A DNA stretch of 64,000 nt from Octopus vulgaris. Lineage: Eukaryota. The translations under genes and the position numbers were made by a program. Of the stretch, positions 13,547 to 27,102 are shown one piece after another. The stretch's first letter is position 1. The number at the start of each line of letters is the position of its first letter. The notes below the pieces were generated by a model. The model saw only the letters and a program-made list of their open reading frames with translations, ran no database searches and was not told the origin of the DNA. The stretch is taken from positions 49,290,001-49,354,000 of the forward strand of contig OX597819.1 in NCBI GenBank assembly GCA_951406725.2. The letters are read 5' to 3'.

Positions 13547-15542
13547 ACAGCAATGAAGATGACAATGACACCCATGACTGTGATGATAATAACTATGGTG
13601 ATGACAAGATCTGCAAAACCCAGAAGCCATTTTATGGTAGGCTGATCCCTCCCAGGTGACAAACGATGGAAGAGTTTGTCAGGTCAGCATGCTGTGTGCT
13701 CCTAGGCTTCTTTCTTGCAGCTTAATGCTTATTGCCAACGGATGAGAATTTTGCTGTTAAGTGTAGGAGGTGTTAAGTGGGACAGCAGATCTCGTGTGAA
13801 CTTTGCAAAGCAGACATCAACAAATCATATACATATACTGCAGGGATTTCCAACACTGACCCCTACCCTCATCAATATACATTTATGTACATTTCTAATC
13901 AGATTCAATTGGTGTAAGACCAAGTGGATTAGCTGTCATCAACACAACGTGGTAACAGACAATGAAGAGCAAAAATGGTGTCTGGAGCTCTAACTGTAGC
14001 TTACACTTTGGCATTGGAGTAGATAAATAAAATAATGGAGAGGTGATGTTTTAATAACTGTAGTTTTTTTTTTGAAATAAGAATTATTGTAGTAAAAATA
14101 ATTTAGAAATAATGTTTCTTTGATTTTGAAATATATCTTTTCACACACACACACATACACAGACACAGACACAGACACACACACAGACACACACACACAC
14201 ACACACACACAAGCACACACAAACACACACTCACACAAGCACACACACACACACGCATATGAAATACCTTGTGTGTATGTGTATGTATTGATATAAATTA
14301 ATTTCTTTGGTTAATCCAAATTCTTTGCAAAGCAGAGAACCATTGCATGGGAAACTCTGTACCTTGTTCTCTCCTTTTCTCATAAAATAATGGAAAAAAA
14401 AAAAAATAATAATACTTTATTTCTGTGACTATTTTTAATGAGCTAATTTTTTTCCATCCTTATTTGAGTATCCTCTCTATAATCATAAACAGACTTTTTC
14501 AGAAGTTTCACTTTCTCTTCAGTCTGATATATTTCAGAAGACCAAGCAAATAAAAGCACTTGAAAGAGTTTATGGAAGTAAATAAAAACATTTGAAAAGA
14601 TTGATGAATTTTCTTCTATGTTTTATTTCTTAGTGCAGATGAAAAATAATATTAGCATGAGGAAATATTTAAAGAATATTTATGTATTAAAATTTTTATT
14701 AAAATTGATTGATGCTGATGAAGTTCATAGTTCATTTCAAATCAGACAGAAAGTTAAATTTACCAACAGATTTTAAAATTATTTTTTGAATCAGCACAAT
14801 GCATATTTTCTCTATCAAGTTCTTAATTGAAGTCATATTGTTTGCATGCTGTGTATATACATTTTGTGTTTGGAGAGATTTGATATTAACTTATAAACCA
14901 TGTTATTCAAAGTCAGAATAATGAAGGGTTTTTCTGGATTTCCTAAACCATGAGATTCTCTAAGACTTCTAGATGAGTAATGCTAGTACAAATGGTTACA
15001 ATGAGAAGGAGAAAAAAGGTTAAGGACTGGAAGAAAAACTAGTAAAACAGCAATCATGAAAGTGGTGTTACTAAAGCTAATATAGCCTGGGATCACACTA
15101 TTTGTAAATGAACAGTGCATAATAATAATAATTATTCAGAGCACAAATCTTTATAAAGAACAAGGAAAAGACCTGCATCAGCATCAAATTTCCAAACCAC
15201 AAGGAACAAAAGCATTGCAATAATTTCAGTTAGAACCTCTTTTTGTTAATTTGGATCAAAGATTGTTGTTAAAAGTACATTCATTTTAAATCAGGTGACC
15301 ACTAGAATGAAAGATGTCTGTCTCTTCATAGCAGCCTGAAGAAAATGGAAAGAAGAAATCAAAACTAAAGCTGAAAGTAATGAAAATTTTCCCGGAAGTT
15401 CTATATGGTTCAACAAGTTTAGAAAACTATCTGGAATCTATAATGCCAAAACTGTTGGAAGTTCATGTGCAAATGATAGTGCAGCACTGGATAACCTACC
15501 AAATTAAGAAAAAAGAAGAAAAGCTATTAAAAATGCTGTTTA

Positions 15543-15988
15543 TCTTTTATCTTTTATCTGTTTCACTCATCAGATTGTGGCTATGCTGGGGCACCATATT
15601 GAAGACTTTTTAGCTGAATGAATCAACACAGTACTTATTTCTTTTTAAGCCTCATACTTATTCTATTGGTCTCTATTACTGAACTGCTAAGTTATGGTGA
15701 CATAAACAAACCAACACCAGTTTCCAAGGAGTGGTGGAGGAGAAAGACACACACACACATACGTGCACGCAAGCATGCATACGTGTACACACACACACAT
15801 ATATACATACACACAGTTGTATATACAACGGGCTTCTTACAGTTTTCATCTACCAAATCCACCCATAAGGCTTTGGTCAACTTGAAGCTATAGCAGAAGA
15901 CACTTGCCCATGGTGTAATGTAGTGGAACAGAACCCAGAACCCAGAATGTGGTTGGAAAGCAAGCGTCTTATCAGACAGCCATGCCTG
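15543..15988 (-). mobile_element. SINE family A copy (diverged) inside the pogo fossil
   Basis: Reverse complement of family A head, microsatellite and tail. Confidence 0.8.
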
Positions 15989-16395
15989 AAACAAATTATA
16001 AATGTTGGTGAAATGAATTCTGGAAACAAATGTCTCATAAAACAAATTGTGGCAAAGAAAGTAAAACTGCAAACTAGACTCAAAGATTCAAAATAGTCAA
16101 TGATTGCTTAATACTTTTAATAGATGGAAATGTTACAAGTGATTTAAAATTAAAACTCACGCTGATCTATCAATCGGAAAATTTATGCACTTTTAATGGA
16201 TTCAGAAAACATTTTACATCATCTTATTAGAAATCTAATAAAAAAAAAAAAACCTTGTGTAATAAAATCTTTATTTGAGTTCTGGCACAAGAATTGTTTC
16301 TGTCCCAAAGCCAAAAGATATTGTAAGTTGATAAATTGAGATTTTAAACTTTAATTAATTTTGGACAATGCCCTGGGTCACCCAACTGCTCTTTA

Positions 16396-16787
16396 TCTTC
16401 TATCTTTTACTTGTTTCAGTCACTAGACTGTGATCACACTGGGGCAATTCTTTGAAGAATTTTAGTCGAGTGTATTGAGCCCAAGAATTATGTTTTTTTA
16501 AGCCTGGTACTTATTTTATTGGTCCCTTTTTCCAGACCATTAAGTTATGGGGACATAAACCCACCGACACCAGTTGTCAGGTGGTGTTGAGAGACAAACA
16601 CAAACATAAAGGCACATAATATATGTGTATATGATGGGCTTCTTTCAGTTTCCATCTACCAAATCCATTCATGAGACTTTGGTTGGCCTGAGGCTATAGT
16701 AGAAGACACTTGCCCAAAGTGCCATGCAATGGGACTGAACCCAGAACCATGTGATTAGGAAGCAAACTACAGCTATGCATGCACCTA
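16396..16787 (-). mobile_element. SINE family A copy inside the pogo fossil
   Basis: ttttacttgtttcagtca...gaagacacttgcccaa...gggactgaacccagaaccatgtg. Confidence 0.85.
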
Positions 16788-17626
16788 TGTTGCTTGGTTA
16801 CTTAAGCAGTTAAGGCTGTTTTTAGCACTGATTTTTGTTTTCTGCTTGGTCATGAGAAAGGATGATGCTCATGACCTTTTACAGGTCCATTGCGACTGGT
16901 GGTAGGGAAGGAAAAAGGGATCCTCATACTGGGCACCTAGTCTTAATGCTTTCAACAGAATGCACTCTATCAAAGGCACCTAGGGGCCAAGCAACAGTGT
17001 TAAACTGAATGACAGAGCAAGTCTGCCATCCACGTAGGCCAAGGTGATATTTGAACTCATAGCACAAAGAGCCAAACCAAATACTGAAAAGCCACTTATC
17101 CAGTACTCTATTGATTTTATCAGTCTACAATGTTAGACTGGTGCTTTATTTGCTGACCCCAGAAGAATGACACAATGACACAACTTGCAGCCAGTGGATC
17201 AGGGAGTGATATCAACAAAAAATGATAGTTACTTATACGCAATTTTTGTTATAAAAGAATGAAAGAAAATGCAATTGAGCTTAAAGACTTACAGCAGATA
17301 ATTAACACAAAGAATGCAATGGAAAGAATTAATGATGTATAGCACGACTAAACAGCCAGGAATATGAAAGCTGTTTGGGAAAATTTAATTCCTCATTGCA
17401 CAAATAATTTTGGTGGATTTGAGCCTGAAGTTATAGAGACCATATCAAAAATTACATAAATTGGTTTACATTTGGAAATGCATAAAATAGATTAAAATCG
17501 CTTGTTGATCATATCTTTGTATGTGGCTTGCACAACTCTTGATAGGCATTCATCTGCACTTCATATTTTTAATGGTCACAAGACTACAACAGCGTGTGGT
17601 ATTCTGTCAAAGATCTTCCCCAAATA

Positions 17627-17842
17627 TTCTTTTCTACTCTAGATACAAGGCATGAAATTTTTGGGGAGCAGGGCCAGTCTATTAGATCAACCCCAGTACT
17701 TAACTGGTATTTAATTTATCGACCCTGAAAGGATGAAAGGCAAAGTCGACCTCAGCGGAATTTGAACTCAGAATGTAAAGAGATGAAATACCGCTGAGCA
17801 TTTTGCCCAGCATGCTAACGTTTTGGCCAGCTCGCTGCCTTA
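17627..17842 (-). mobile_element. SINE family B copy
   Basis: gaaaggatgaaaggcaaagtcgacc...ggaatttgaactcag...gccagctcgctgcctt. Confidence 0.88.
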
Positions 17843-19499
17843 AATGTTAAACATAGTGACTTGCTATTTGATAAAAACCCCACCAAAAAAGAAACATCAG
17901 CGAAACCCTGTCCTGGCACAAAGTCAAATAGTATCTTATTTAATTTCTTCCTATTTAGTTGTGCTTTAACTGATATTTTCAAAACTTGGTCCAGTAGTTT
18001 AATGACTCAGTAGTTACACACAACTCACATATACACACAATGCTTCAATATATTTATATATTAGCATGCTTGAATGCATCAATGGAAGTTATAAACATTT
18101 TAACATGATCCTTAACATTAATACTAATTTATGACTAAGTTAGTTATACAATCTATAAACTTGAAATGTCTATTCCATGATTTATATGTAGCTTAGGTAC
18201 TGGATAATCAAATATTAATGTCACCAAAGAGGCTGCAGCAGTTTGTTCTTTTATTAATAATGGTCTGAAGGTTTTAGCAAAGCAAGCATTTTAAGTGCAT
18301 CATATATTTTAGTATATAAGTAAAACAGCAGAAAAGTGGCAATAGAATTTCTATAAACCAGAATAAGAGAGCCATAAAATATGGAAGAGAGAAGCATAGA
18401 TGGCATTGGTGAGAGAGAGAGGGAGAGAAAGAGCGAGAAGGAAAATTTCAATAAGATAGAATAAGAGTGATGCAGGGAGAAACAGAAGAGACTGTGGTAC
18501 ATATGGGTGATATATTAAACTGTGAGAAAGTCTGTGAGAATTAGGATATCAACCTTTGAGAAAATTAACAAACTGAATTTGAAACCTCTGAGACTGTGAA
18601 AGGATGTGTGATAACAGCTTGTGAGGAAATGATAGTGTTTGTGCATATATGCTGTATATGTACACATGTGTGTATATGTGTTGTGTGTATGTATGTGCTT
18701 CTATGAGTATACACATGTGTATTAGGTATGTGTGTATGAGATTTCTTTGAATGTAGGCATAAAAAGTGTACACATGTTTGTGTGCATATTATATAGAACA
18801 TCTATTTATGTGTGCTGGAAAAAGAGAAGCAGGAATATGATACTGTGTAGTCAATGCAAACAATGGGTATATAAAGAGTGCAGAGGGATTATCTGACAAA
18901 TTGACACAGAATCGAAACTTTAGGCACACAAGATAAACTAGAACAGCTATGGATTTAAAGGTTATGGACTGATTAGTTGTGCCCCTGAGTGAGGTAGCCC
19001 TCATTAAATAATTAATGCAAGAGACAGAGCTTCATCTCTTATAGAAGCCAGGGTTTAAGAAGAATGTTACAAGTGTAGCCTTTTATTATTGTATTTCTGT
19101 TGAAATACATTGCTTTTATTTCAATTAATTTTGAAAATAATCAAGAATTTAGCAAAATAATTTTATCTCAATAAATCTTGTTTTCTTCTTCTCTTTTTTT
19201 TGGGAAGATTGTAATCTCAATTATTTTCAAGTAGGAAACTTGTGTCAGAGAACGAGAGAGGATCTTAGGCAAGTTCGTATAAAAAGAGTTAAGGAATGAC
19301 TTACTAACATCCTTCATAATAAAGAGTTTCCCTTTCTAAGTGAAAGATACACAAAAAGAAATATGTGCTACAAATGTAAAACAACAGGGCAGTAAATGTG
19401 CAAAATTTTCAGTGGTTGGAATAAAAAAAAGTATTGGGTGTAATCTGGTCAATAAACAACGATAATATACCAGAAAAGTAAGAGAATTAAGACACAAAT

Positions 19500-19750
19500 G
19501 AAGCGACAAAAATTGTTGGACAATCAATGCAGGATAGACTATTCAGTTGGTACAGGAACATAATATGATGAGATGTTGGGGAAAATGCTTCATTGCTGGT
19601 GGAAAAGATGTGTAGCAGGGTGAGGTTACAGAAAACAATGAAATAGTTAGGTTTAGACCTTGGTCTTTTCAGCTTCATGGGCATAACGGCACCAAATTAA
19701 GAGACAAGAAGAGATGCTGCAATGCAGACGTAGTCAGATTTCGCCAACAC
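19500..19750 (+). mobile_element. Decayed RTE-like LINE ORF2 C-terminal fragment
   Basis: Degenerate reading MQDRLFSWYRNI...GR..KT..V..DL resembles the RLxWxGH...GRPxKxW...DL end of RTE ORF2. Confidence 0.45.
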
Positions 19751-19771
19751 AAAAATGTAAAAAGAAATAGT

Positions 19772-19805
19772 ATACATACATATATACATACAAACACACA
19801 CACAC

Positions 19806-19836
<31 letters not shown>

Positions 19837-19913
19837 TGTATGTATGTATGTATGTATGTATGTATGTATGTATATACAGATATACATATATACATACACA
19901 CACACACACACAC

Positions 19914-19946
<33 letters not shown>

Positions 19947-20060
19947 TGTATGTATGTATGTATGTATGAATACTATTTCTTCTTTGCGTTGGCAAGATTT
20001 GACTGTCTGCATGTTTATATATATATACATATACATATATACATATATATATATATACTT

Positions 20061-20101
<41 letters not shown>

Positions 20102-20140
20102 TATATATACATATATACATACACACACACACATACACAT
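19772..20140. repeat. (TATG)n/(CA)n/(TA)n compound microsatellite
   Basis: Direct reading. Confidence 0.95.
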
Positions 20141-20836
20141 TTATATTTCCCTTTCACGGTCAATGATTCATTGCCTTAATATATCTTTGCATTGAGATAT
20201 ATATATATGTATGCATTATATATAATCAAATACTCACTGAAGATAATTTAATATACATTGAGGAAGGGAAAGTAAAAAATAGTTCCACCCAGGGAAACAA
20301 TGGCTAATTTTTCAAAAAGTTTATCATTCCAGTTTTGGAAATCAGCAGAAGCATGGCATTCGTGATTGATTATCAAATAAATATCTAGAAGTCATTGATG
20401 AAGTTATTATTCTAAATATCTGATCAATATCAGATTTCTAGAGTTAGCCTGTATCTTATTGGAGAATATTTTGACATTGTGTTGTCCAATTAGGAAACAG
20501 ACAAATAATTTCTATATTTTCTCCTTTTCTCTGTGTGTAATGTGTGTGTGTTTGGGTAGGGGTAAAAGTTTTTTTTTTTTATATTTGCGATAACTAGATG
20601 ATAGTTGGAGGATTGGCTATGATATAATGGCAGGATGAAATCTGAGAGGAAGCGTTAAAGAATAAATAAGTCAAGTTGGTACCATTTTCTTTTTTTTTTT
20701 TTTTGCAGCGAATAACAAGCTAACACTGGATTAGAATCAATATTCATAGTTTTTTTGTTTATTTGTCTGTCTGGTGATGCAATATTGAGACATAAAGACA
20801 ATTTTGAGTCATTGTTAGATCTATACTACATTAGTC

Positions 20837-20875
<39 letters not shown>

Positions 20876-21068
20876 TATGGTGGTGGTGGTGGTGGTGGTG
20901 TTAGTAGTAGTAGTAGTAGTTGGTGGTGGTGGTGGTGGTGGTTGTGGTAGTGGTGGTTGTGGAGGTGGTGGTTGTGGAGGTGGTGGTTGTGGTGGTGATG
21001 GTTGTGGTGGTGGTGGTTGTGGTGGTGGTGATAGTAGTGGTGGGGGTAATGGTACTAGTAGTAACAGC

Positions 21069-21136
<68 letters not shown>
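20837..21136. repeat. (GTA)n-(GGT)n-(GCA)n-(GTA)n compound microsatellite
   Basis: Direct reading; source of the poly-G/S/P/V ORFs. Confidence 0.95.
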
Positions 21137-21137
<1 letters not shown>

Positions 21138-21448
21138 TCTATTTGAGTAGTCATTTATCAGTAATCTAAGTCCGCTTTCAGTCAGTCCTGTTCTAAATTA
21201 GACATGTCTGTGTGTTGGAACAGACTTGACAGATGACTCAGCATCATGCTGGAGAAATGCTGTATTGCAGAAATGTCCACCAATTCATACCAACATGGGA
21301 AAAATAGATACTAAAATTGATCGTACCAATAGCATTGATGATGAGGAGGAGGGTGACATGAAAAAAATTTTCATCTGCCTGACCAGTTAATTTTCCTGCC
21401 ACAAATTGCTTCCACTCTGTAAAACTAAGTCTTACTTTAGTTATAATT

Positions 21449-21681
21449 ATTTCTTTATTGCCCAACAGGGGGCTAAACATAGAGGGGACAAACAAGGACA
21501 GACAAAGGGTTTAAGTTGATTACATCAACCCCAGTGCATAACTGATACTTAATTTATCGACCCCGAAAGGATGAAAGGCAAAGTCGACCTCGGTGGAATT
21601 TGAACTCAGAATACAGCGGCAGACGAAATACTGCTAAGCATTTTGCCCAGCGTGCTAACGATTCTGCCAGCTTGCCGCCTT
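21449..21681 (-). mobile_element. SINE family B copy with an alternative 3' tail
   Basis: Intact B head and body; tail (rev. comp. ccttgtttgtcccctctatgtttagccccctg...aataaagaaataa) differs from other B copies. Confidence 0.85.
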
Positions 21682-21714
21682 CAATCCTTTAGTCATTATA
21701 ACTTTGAACTTACT

Positions 21715-21965
21715 GTGGAGGTGTGTGGCCTAGTGGTTTTGGTGTTGGACTCATGATCATAAGATTGTAGTTTTGATTCCTGGACCAAGCTATGCATTGT
21801 GTTCTTTGAGCAAAACATTTCATTTCATATTGCTCCAGTTCACTCAGCTGGCAAAAGTGAGCTATCTCACGAGGGAGTGGCATCCCATCCAGGTGGGGAA
21901 TTTATGCACCATGGAAACTAGGAAACCAGCCCTTATGAGTCAGCATGACTCAAAAAGGTAACTTT
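21715..21965 (+). mobile_element. tRNA-derived SINE, C-related with CORE-like segment
   Basis: tggcctagtgg A box, tttgattcc B box, ttgagcaaaacatttcatttcatattgctccagttcactcagctg; similar to 26700-26914 (-) and 54562-54875 (+). Confidence 0.7.
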
Positions 21966-22093
21966 ACCTTTTTACTTGAACTTATATGCTAGACAACACT
22001 GTCGAACCCTTCTGAAACCAACCTACATGAAATCATCCCCATAATTCAAACTTCCTGCTTTAAAGTAATCTAAATTATACCCTTTCATTGAAA

Positions 22094-22163
<70 letters not shown>

Positions 22164-22414
22164 ACACACAGAGGATAGAATTTCAGTTTCTGTTGACCAA
22201 ATTCCATTCACAAAACATTTGGTCAACTCAGGGCTGCAGCGACAGAAACCTATCCAAGATACCACATTGCAGGATTGAACCTGGAACCATGTTGTTGCGA
22301 AGTTCATTTCCCAACTATATGTCAGTACCTGTGTCTCACTATATTTGAAGTACGTTTCTAAGTTTAAACATGTATAAGTTGTGGAATGAAAATCAGGGCG
22401 TGCATCCTATTTAC

Positions 22415-22838
22415 TGGTTTCAAATTTGGGCACAAAGTCAGCAATTTCGTGGGAGCGGGGTACAAGTCGATTACATCAACCTCAGTATTCAACTGGTACT
22501 TACTTTATCAACCCTGGAAGGATAAAAGACAAAGTTAGCTTTGATGGAATTTGAACCAAAACTGTAAAGACAGATGAAATACTGCTAAGGGTTCTGCCTG
22601 GCGTGTGAAGGGTTCTGCCAGCTGGAACAAGAGAAATATTGGTTTCAAATTTTTGCACAAGGCCAGCAATTCTGGTTAAGGGAATAAGTGGATTACATCA
22701 ACCCCGGTACTCAACTAGTACATATTTTATTCATCCTGAAAGGATGAAAAGCAAAGTTGACATCAGTGGAATTTGAACTCAGAATGTCACTAAGCATTTT
22801 GCCTGGTATACTATGGATTCTGCCAGCTTACTGCCTTA
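22415..22838 (-). mobile_element. Two tandem SINE family B copies
   Basis: Two successive tggtttcaaattt..gcacaa..gattacatcaacc..ggaatttgaac..ctgccagct units. Confidence 0.8.
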
Positions 22839-23125
22839 TTGTATCCCATTTATTAATGATTGTCATATTAATATCAATATGAAAATTAACTCAGCCTGTG
22901 TGAATTAATATGCATCTGTTATATGGCTGTAATCTGTATCATGGTAGTGAACTTTGAAATGTTTGAAATTGTAGAATTGGTTTGACATTCATGCTGTGCA
23001 ACCAATAACTGCGTATATTCCTCACATTTTTTCCATAGCAAGAATACACGCGCGCATGCACACACACACATATTGGCCAGGTAACTTTTTAAACTTCTCT
23101 TGAAGTACTAACAGTTTTATAAATA

Positions 23126-23482
23126 CATATTGTTGCTAATATGTTAAACTGTCGTATGTCCAAATATGACCAAATGCATTTTTTCCCTATTTAATTTTAC
23201 TTGCAATAGCCAGTTCTTTTGGTCAAACTATCGTATCTCCAACTGCTTCAGATACCAAGATATGAAAATTGTGAAAGTGTAGTACAATGGTTTAGCATTT
23301 TTCAAAAGAGTAGTAAGTCTCAAATACAACAGTTTTGTTAAAATATTTCTAACTAAAAATATCATACATGCATGGAGTTTACGATTTTATGCACCCAACA
23401 AACTATTATTGTTAAGCTGAAACTGTTGCTAATGTAAAAAGAAATGGACTAAATGGCACTTTTGCATAATAGCAACAATATG
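23126..23482. mobile_element. MITE with 18-bp terminal inverted repeats
   Basis: catattgttgctaatatg (23126-23143) versus cataatagcaacaatatg (23465-23482): 17/18 inverted match; non-coding interior. Confidence 0.65.
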
Positions 23483-24045
23483 AATGTATGTATGTATGTA
23501 TGTATGTATGTATGTATGTATGTATGTATGTATGTATGTATGTATGTATGAAGCACATATGTATCTACATAGATATCTACTCACTCATACATACACACAT
23601 ACACGTTTAAAGATTTACAATTAAATGCTAGTTTTTCTCCACTTTTGCAGCCTTAAGCATTCATGTCAAAAATGTGAGCCAAAATACAAAATATAATTTT
23701 ACTGAAAGTAACTGGGCCACTTAAACGGAGTCAGAAGCATGAGTTCTGCTCTGCAGAATAATACCTTAATCAGAATCTGCACCAGAGGCTAAAAAAAGGT
23801 TGGTTAACAAAAGCATAAGCATTTACACGTCAAAGCACTTGAATGTTGGAACTGAACCCAACTGCTGGTTGAAAATACAACATAAATTTCAGAGATTTGA
23901 AGATAAAGATTTAGAATTAAAGTCAGTTTTCTTCACTGTAGCAGCCTTAGGTATATTTTCTATAATTGTAAGCATGCATATTTTGAGCATCATAACCACA
24001 TGATAATATATCTTTGACTTGCTTTTTTTAAGTATATTTATATGT

Positions 24046-24259
24046 TTAATCCTTTGGTAGTTAAACCAGCCATATCCAGTCCAAGTATTCTTCCGCTTTT
24101 ATGTTCAAACTAGATCTTAAAACCGCTTTGTACCATGTCATTCTATTAGTATCATATCATTCAATTCTCAAAGATACAAGATAATGCATCATTAATTCAA
24201 AACTATGTGGATCGATAAGCATTACATTTGACAGAGTAATCTGAATGTTAAAGGGTTAA
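24046..24259. mobile_element. piggyBac-type MITE
   Basis: ttaa-tccttt...aaaggg-ttaa ends (TTAA TSD); homologous to 8003 and 30579 copies. Confidence 0.75.
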
Positions 24260-24290
24260 GCATTCAGAGGCTGTGGAATAAAACTCAGCA

Positions 24291-24636
24291 AGCAAATCGA
24301 TCCCAGGACTTATTCTTTGTAAGCCTAGTACTTATTCTATCGGTCTCTTTTGCCGAACTGCTAAGTTACAGGGACGTAAACACACCAGCATCGGTTGTCA
24401 AGCAATGTTGAGGGGACAAACACAGACACACAAACACACACACACACACATATATATACATATACATATATACGACGGGCTTCTTTCAGTTTCCATCTAC
24501 CAAATCCACTCACAAGGCTTTGGTCTGCCCAAGGCTATAGTAGAAGACACTTGCCCAAGGTGCCATGCAGTAGGACTGAACCCAGAACCATGTTGTTGGT
24601 AAGCAAGCTACTTACCACACAGTCACTCCTGCACCT
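24291..24636 (-). mobile_element. SINE family A copy (3'-truncated, low divergence)
   Basis: Near-consensus reverse complement of family A. Confidence 0.9.
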
Positions 24637-25319
24637 ATGCAAACCTGGGGGAAGGATAAGTTGATTATACTGAGTCCAGTGTTCAACAGGTACTTATTTT
24701 ATTGACCTCTAAAGGACATCGACCTTGGTAGAATTTGAACTTAGAATGTAAAGTTGGACAAAATGCCACTAAGCATTTATCCTGGAATGCTAAAAATTTT
24801 TCCCACTCACTGCCTTATTTATTCCATATATTAATTGTGGTCATGCGAGCACCAGTATGAAAATTAACTCTGCATGAATTAAGATGCAATTGCTAAATGG
24901 CTGTAAGCTATTTCGCTTATAAGTGTGCTGAAATTAAATGAGCTACTAAGCTAGGTCGCAGGTATGCTCTGCAGTATATATATGTGATACCTTAATTGAA
25001 TCCTGCACTATTAGCTTAAATGTTTGGGAATTAAGTGCATAATAAGCATTTCCTTGAATGTTAGAAATAAAAGCTATTTGTTAAACTTACCTTTCTCTAT
25101 AATTCCAAATTTACAACTGCTGAATTAAAGTTTAAATTTCAATTATGATTGCTTTCATTGATATGTGAATGCATTATCAAGTTATCAAACCCTACATTAG
25201 GAAAGGCAATTCAGTTGAACTCAAAATAGTGAAGAACAAAATATATACTGTACAAAGTTTAAGAATCCACTCTCTGCTGCCTGTGCCAACTACACTGCCA
25301 ATGTATTGTGTATCAAGGG

Positions 25320-25710
25320 AATCTCTATATAGTCTCTTGACCTGCTAGAAATTACAACCAAATCTCTCTCATATCAAACTTTACTGCTATAAAGAACATA
25401 TTGCATAATATAGTCTAATATAAGAAATATGAAAAGATGGGATGGTCATGGTTGGAAACGAACTAAACAGCAACAAACTCCAACACAATGAGCCAGCGAT
25501 AGGACCTTTAACATTGTTGTTCTATTTGCTAGATATAGCTGCTGAATTTTCCTCACATCACATCATATCATCTTAAGGAAGAACAAGGAAGTAAGGTGTT
25601 ATAATCCTAGATACACTATGCATGAAGATAATAGACAGGGTGGTTATTCCTGAAATACCTTTGATCATAGGTCTGCTCAACTAGGGCTGACCTGGAGCTA
25701 AATATCAAAA
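25320..25710 (+). mobile_element. Two retroposon family D copies
   Basis: ctgctagaaattacaaccaaatctc... and ttgctagatatagc...tttgatcataggtctgctcaactagggctgacctggagctaaa. Confidence 0.65.
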
Positions 25711-26699
25711 GCAGATCACTGCAAAAATAATTATTTCTTAATTAAAAATATAACATTTGCAATAAAGTGCAGAGAAAATGGGAGCTTAAATCATTCATTT
25801 TCTCAAAATCAGCTTCAGTGAGTTTGGAAGTGGAACTGGACTTCAGGCTTGTATGTGTGTGTGTGTTTGGGAGAAAGAGAGAGACAGACAGACAGAGAAT
25901 GTGTTTGCATGTCTATGTATAGGTCCATTTTATTTTAGATGTATGTGTAGCAACCATTCTGTTTTAGCAGTGTAGTTAGCAGATGAAAGAGTGGAATAAT
26001 TTTATCTATCTGCTGTAACAGTCGTGATTGATTGAAATTGACTCACTGTATTATCAGAATATCAGCAACAAATCAATGCCATCTCCTGTTCAGAACCACA
26101 CAATTCTGAAAAGTTAGTTGCCAAAAAGTAATAACGATGTTTCCTATGGCCACAGTATATATCCATTTTATCTAAAGGCAGAACGTATAGTTAAATATAG
26201 TTAATATCATTAATTCTAATATACTACCATTACTCTGGAAGTGGTTGTGTATTAGATTAGTATATTATATTTCATTGATTCTGGAGATATAAAGGGGAAA
26301 AAATAAATGGACAATAAACACAAATGATTTCTCTCATTGATATAAAGCCAAATTCATAAAAGAAGGGTATAATTGATTCATTCAACCTCAGTTCATGGCT
26401 TGTATTTATTTCCTCAACCCTAAAGGGATGGACCTATGGCTAGGTGCCATTCAATATCTATCACTTTACAGAGTGTACTGGGTGCATTTTATCATGACAC
26501 CAACTTTATACAGGTTACCCTCTGTGTGTGTGTGTGTGTCTGTGTGTGTTTATGTGTGCATGCATCTTCATAGCTGTTTATTAGTGTAAACTGGTGTTAC
26601 ATCCACTTACATTAAAGGTTCCCAAGTCATTTGATAGAAAGACTGTTAAGATAAGTCAATAAAATGATTAAATGTTTTTCTCAAGCCATTGTCTAAAAA

Positions 26700-26914
26700 G
26701 ACTAGTTTTCCAGATTTTGTGGTGTGTATGTTCACCCCTTGGATGGGATGCTAGTTTGTTGCAGGATTACTCATTTTTGCTAACTAAGTGGACTGGAACA
26801 GTGTGAAATGAAGTGTTTTGCTCAAAGACATAACAGATCGCCTGGTCCAGGAATCAAAACCACAGTCTTATAATCAAGAGTATAACACCTTAACCATTAA
26901 GCCTTGCACCTCCA
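26700..26914 (-). mobile_element. C-related SINE copy
   Basis: Reverse complement of the 21715-type element (gtgaaatgaagtgttttgctcaa...ggaatcaaaacc...gcacctccac). Confidence 0.65.
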
Positions 26915-27063
26915 CGTTAAGGTCAGTACCAGACTCAAATAGTTACTGAGATCAATATGATCGACAGAAATTTTTTGAAATCAGTGCCCCAGTATGGTCA
27001 AACCCCAGTGATTGAAAACAGTAAAAAAAAGTTATTTTACAAAAGAAATATCCTGTTTTAGAA

Positions 27064-27102
<39 letters not shown>

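Larger units (their letters stand above)
14970..17470 (+). pseudogene. pogo/Tigger-like transposase fossil interrupted by SINEs
   Basis: Motifs in correct order: WFNKFRK (~15406), FWKQMSHKT...LIDGNVTSDLKLKLTLIYQSEN (~16018-16185), ILDNALGHP (~16357-16383), LQPVDQGVIS (~17185-17215), MKAVWENLIPHCTNNFGGFEPE (~17365-17430); many stops and frameshifts. Confidence 0.85.
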
